Origin: Octopus vulgaris
Taxonomy: Eukaryota
Direction of reading: 5' to 3'
Assembly (NCBI GenBank): GCA_951406725.2
Contig: OX597825.1
Span: 10,850,001 to 10,914,000 of the forward strand
Length of the DNA stretch: 64,000 nucleotides
Under the pieces are notes generated by a model. The model saw only the letters and a list, made by a program, of their open reading frames with translations, was not told the DNA's origin and ran no database searches. The position numbers and the translations under genes are program-made. Below, in pieces: positions 61,925 through 64,000 of this stretch. Within the stretch, counting starts at the first letter, position 1. Every line of letters starts with the position of its first letter.

Positions 61925-63834
61925 AAACCTTTGAATTAAGTGGTTCAACTGCTTCAGTCCAGTTACTGAAACCAATAAAATAATTTGCGTGCGTGTGTGT
62001 ATGCATGTATTAGATTATGGTATAACTTTATTTGGTGTGTGTAATCAAAGAGAGTTTTTAACTTTCTGGTAGTCAGTGGTGGCTCATAGATAAAATTAGT
62101 TGGGTTGCTGCTTCAGAAAATTTTTAGCTGTTGTTTTAATATTTTGTAAAAGGAAACAAACATAAAAAGAAAATTTATGCATAAACTTGATTGGTTCGTG
62201 TTTTAACCACTGCCGGGTAGTGTGTTTAATTTGTTCACTGAACATCACTGTGAATTCCCCCTTGATTTTCAAAAATCCTCCCTGAATCACAAAATAAGGG
62301 ACAGGAGTGGAATTCTGCTCTATTTTTCAAATCTTGGCAGTAACACTGTAGCTGGAAGCAGGATAATAATCTAATTCTACACTTTATCACATTCAAGAAT
62401 ATAAACACGTTTTTAAACACAACACATGCGGAGTCAAAAAGAAACACTATTTTTTACCTATACACCAGGGTTGGTACTGTGTGGATGATAGTGCTCTCTC
62501 TCCCTAGTGTACAGCTTCCTATCTCGGACATGTGTGCATGCGTACAACAGCCAAACACTGCATTACTGGAACTGTGAAGTGTACAGTTCTATGCAAGGAT
62601 TTTTGTATTTTTTTCATAAATTAGGCTACTGACATTAAGCTTAAGAATTATATAATGTACAAGTATAAAGAGAGAATTAAAGAAAAAAAGGACTCATTAT
62701 ATTGAATGTTATTGATAATATTGAGTGGAAATAGGGGATGCTGCAGTCCCACAGTGCTTATATGCAAGCTGTGACTGCTGGTAGCAGAATGTATTGGAGT
62801 TCATGAAGTTCACATTCTGTTTTTGCTGTTGTTGTTGTTGGAGTTAATGTTCAAGTTAAGACTAATTCCAGTTAACCTATCACTTTAGTATGTTAAGTTC
62901 AATTTCTTAAAGTTGAAACTATTTTTTTAACTATTTAGCTTAAACCACTGCGAACTTGATAGCTAGGTCATTAACATGCATAGCATATGATGAGCATGAA
63001 CTGAGAATGGGTTTTAAAAGCTACAAACATTTATAAGCCTAACAACCTCTTGCTGTCTGCTGTAAAAAAAAAAAAAAAAATTCATTCCTAAATAGGGCAG
63101 GCTATTGGTGTCGACTGGTCTTATTACCAAGTCTGAAAGGTAAAAGCTAAAATCTGTCAGAAGTGTGTTTACCTTGTGAAAAATGACAACTTTCATTAAA
63201 TCTCATCTAAGTCACTAAGAAACCTTATAACTTTGAATTTCCTTGTAATTTGTCCAGAGTATGTAAACCAACATCTATGTGTTTTCATTTGGTGTTAGAT
63301 TAATATTTAATTAGTACCTACATCATGAGAATTCATAAGCAGTTTAATAAGGACCTAACAAAGTGCACTGAACTATGGGGATGGCTTAGGATTGAGGGAA
63401 TTCAGAAGGAAGGTAAAAATTATGATGTTTATGTAAACAGGTGAAGAAATGTTAGAAGTTGGTTGTTAGAAAATAACCCGAGAAAAAATGTCAGAAGCCT
63501 TGTATGACAAGGTAGTTGGGGTTAGTCTAAACTAAAGACTTTGCCTCATTGAAAAAAAGTAGGTTGATGTAAACTTCTGGAATCATTAGGAAATATGTGG
63601 AAAATAAAAGCAAGCTAGTGAGAGAGAAAATGAAAACCAGACAAGTAGAGGAACATCTCTGTAGTTATGACCTGTGCTCTCGCAACAAACTCTTGGCAGG
63701 CTGAATATTTTAAGTTGTAACTCTAAGTATGTTTTACTATAAGGAAAAACATTGTATCTATATTAGTATGTCAATAATGCAATCAGGTTGGTTCTGAGTC
63801 TGCATGCAAGGCATATCTTCATCCATGAGATTAA

Positions 63835-64000
63835 CCCTTTCGTTACTGTATTTATTTTGAGATGCTCTGTGTTTCTTTCAATTAATTTTAAATATAACAA
63901 AAAATTTAGTAAAATAACTTAGTTATCATTGAGCCAATGTTAGGAACATAAATTGTGACTAAGGTTTAGTGGAAGATTTGAATTCAAAACTTATGAAAGC
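63835..64000. mobile_element. piggyBac-type MITE, cut by window end
   Basis: TTAA-CCCTTTCGTTAC; reverse orientation of the 7300-7520 family. Confidence 0.8.

Overview
AT-rich, microsatellite-laden animal genomic DNA. The repeat complement (tRNA-derived SINEs, RTE and CR1-clade LINEs, MITEs, Helitrons) looks like an Octopus genome; this is inferred from repeat recognition, not proven. Most of the ORF track is artefact from SINEs and microsatellites. Host genes: (i) a probable terminal exon of an unidentified + strand gene at 1493-1547; (ii) a + strand TPRG1/TPRG1L (Mover, hSac2-domain)-like gene with coding exons 20352-20720 and 56830-56921, joined in frame across a 36,109-bp repeat-filled intron and apparently continuing beyond the window. 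The most notable non-coding signals are several minimal type I hammerhead ribozyme motifs. One has an intact catalytic core (25914-25946, minus) and one sits behind a tRNA-like Pol III head in a 267-bp TSD-flanked element (57157-57423). An RTE LINE also has a long 3' UTR, scattered as many truncated copies, that carries a variable-number array of compact H-type-pseudoknot-like units. All family assignments are by eye and memory; no searches were run.
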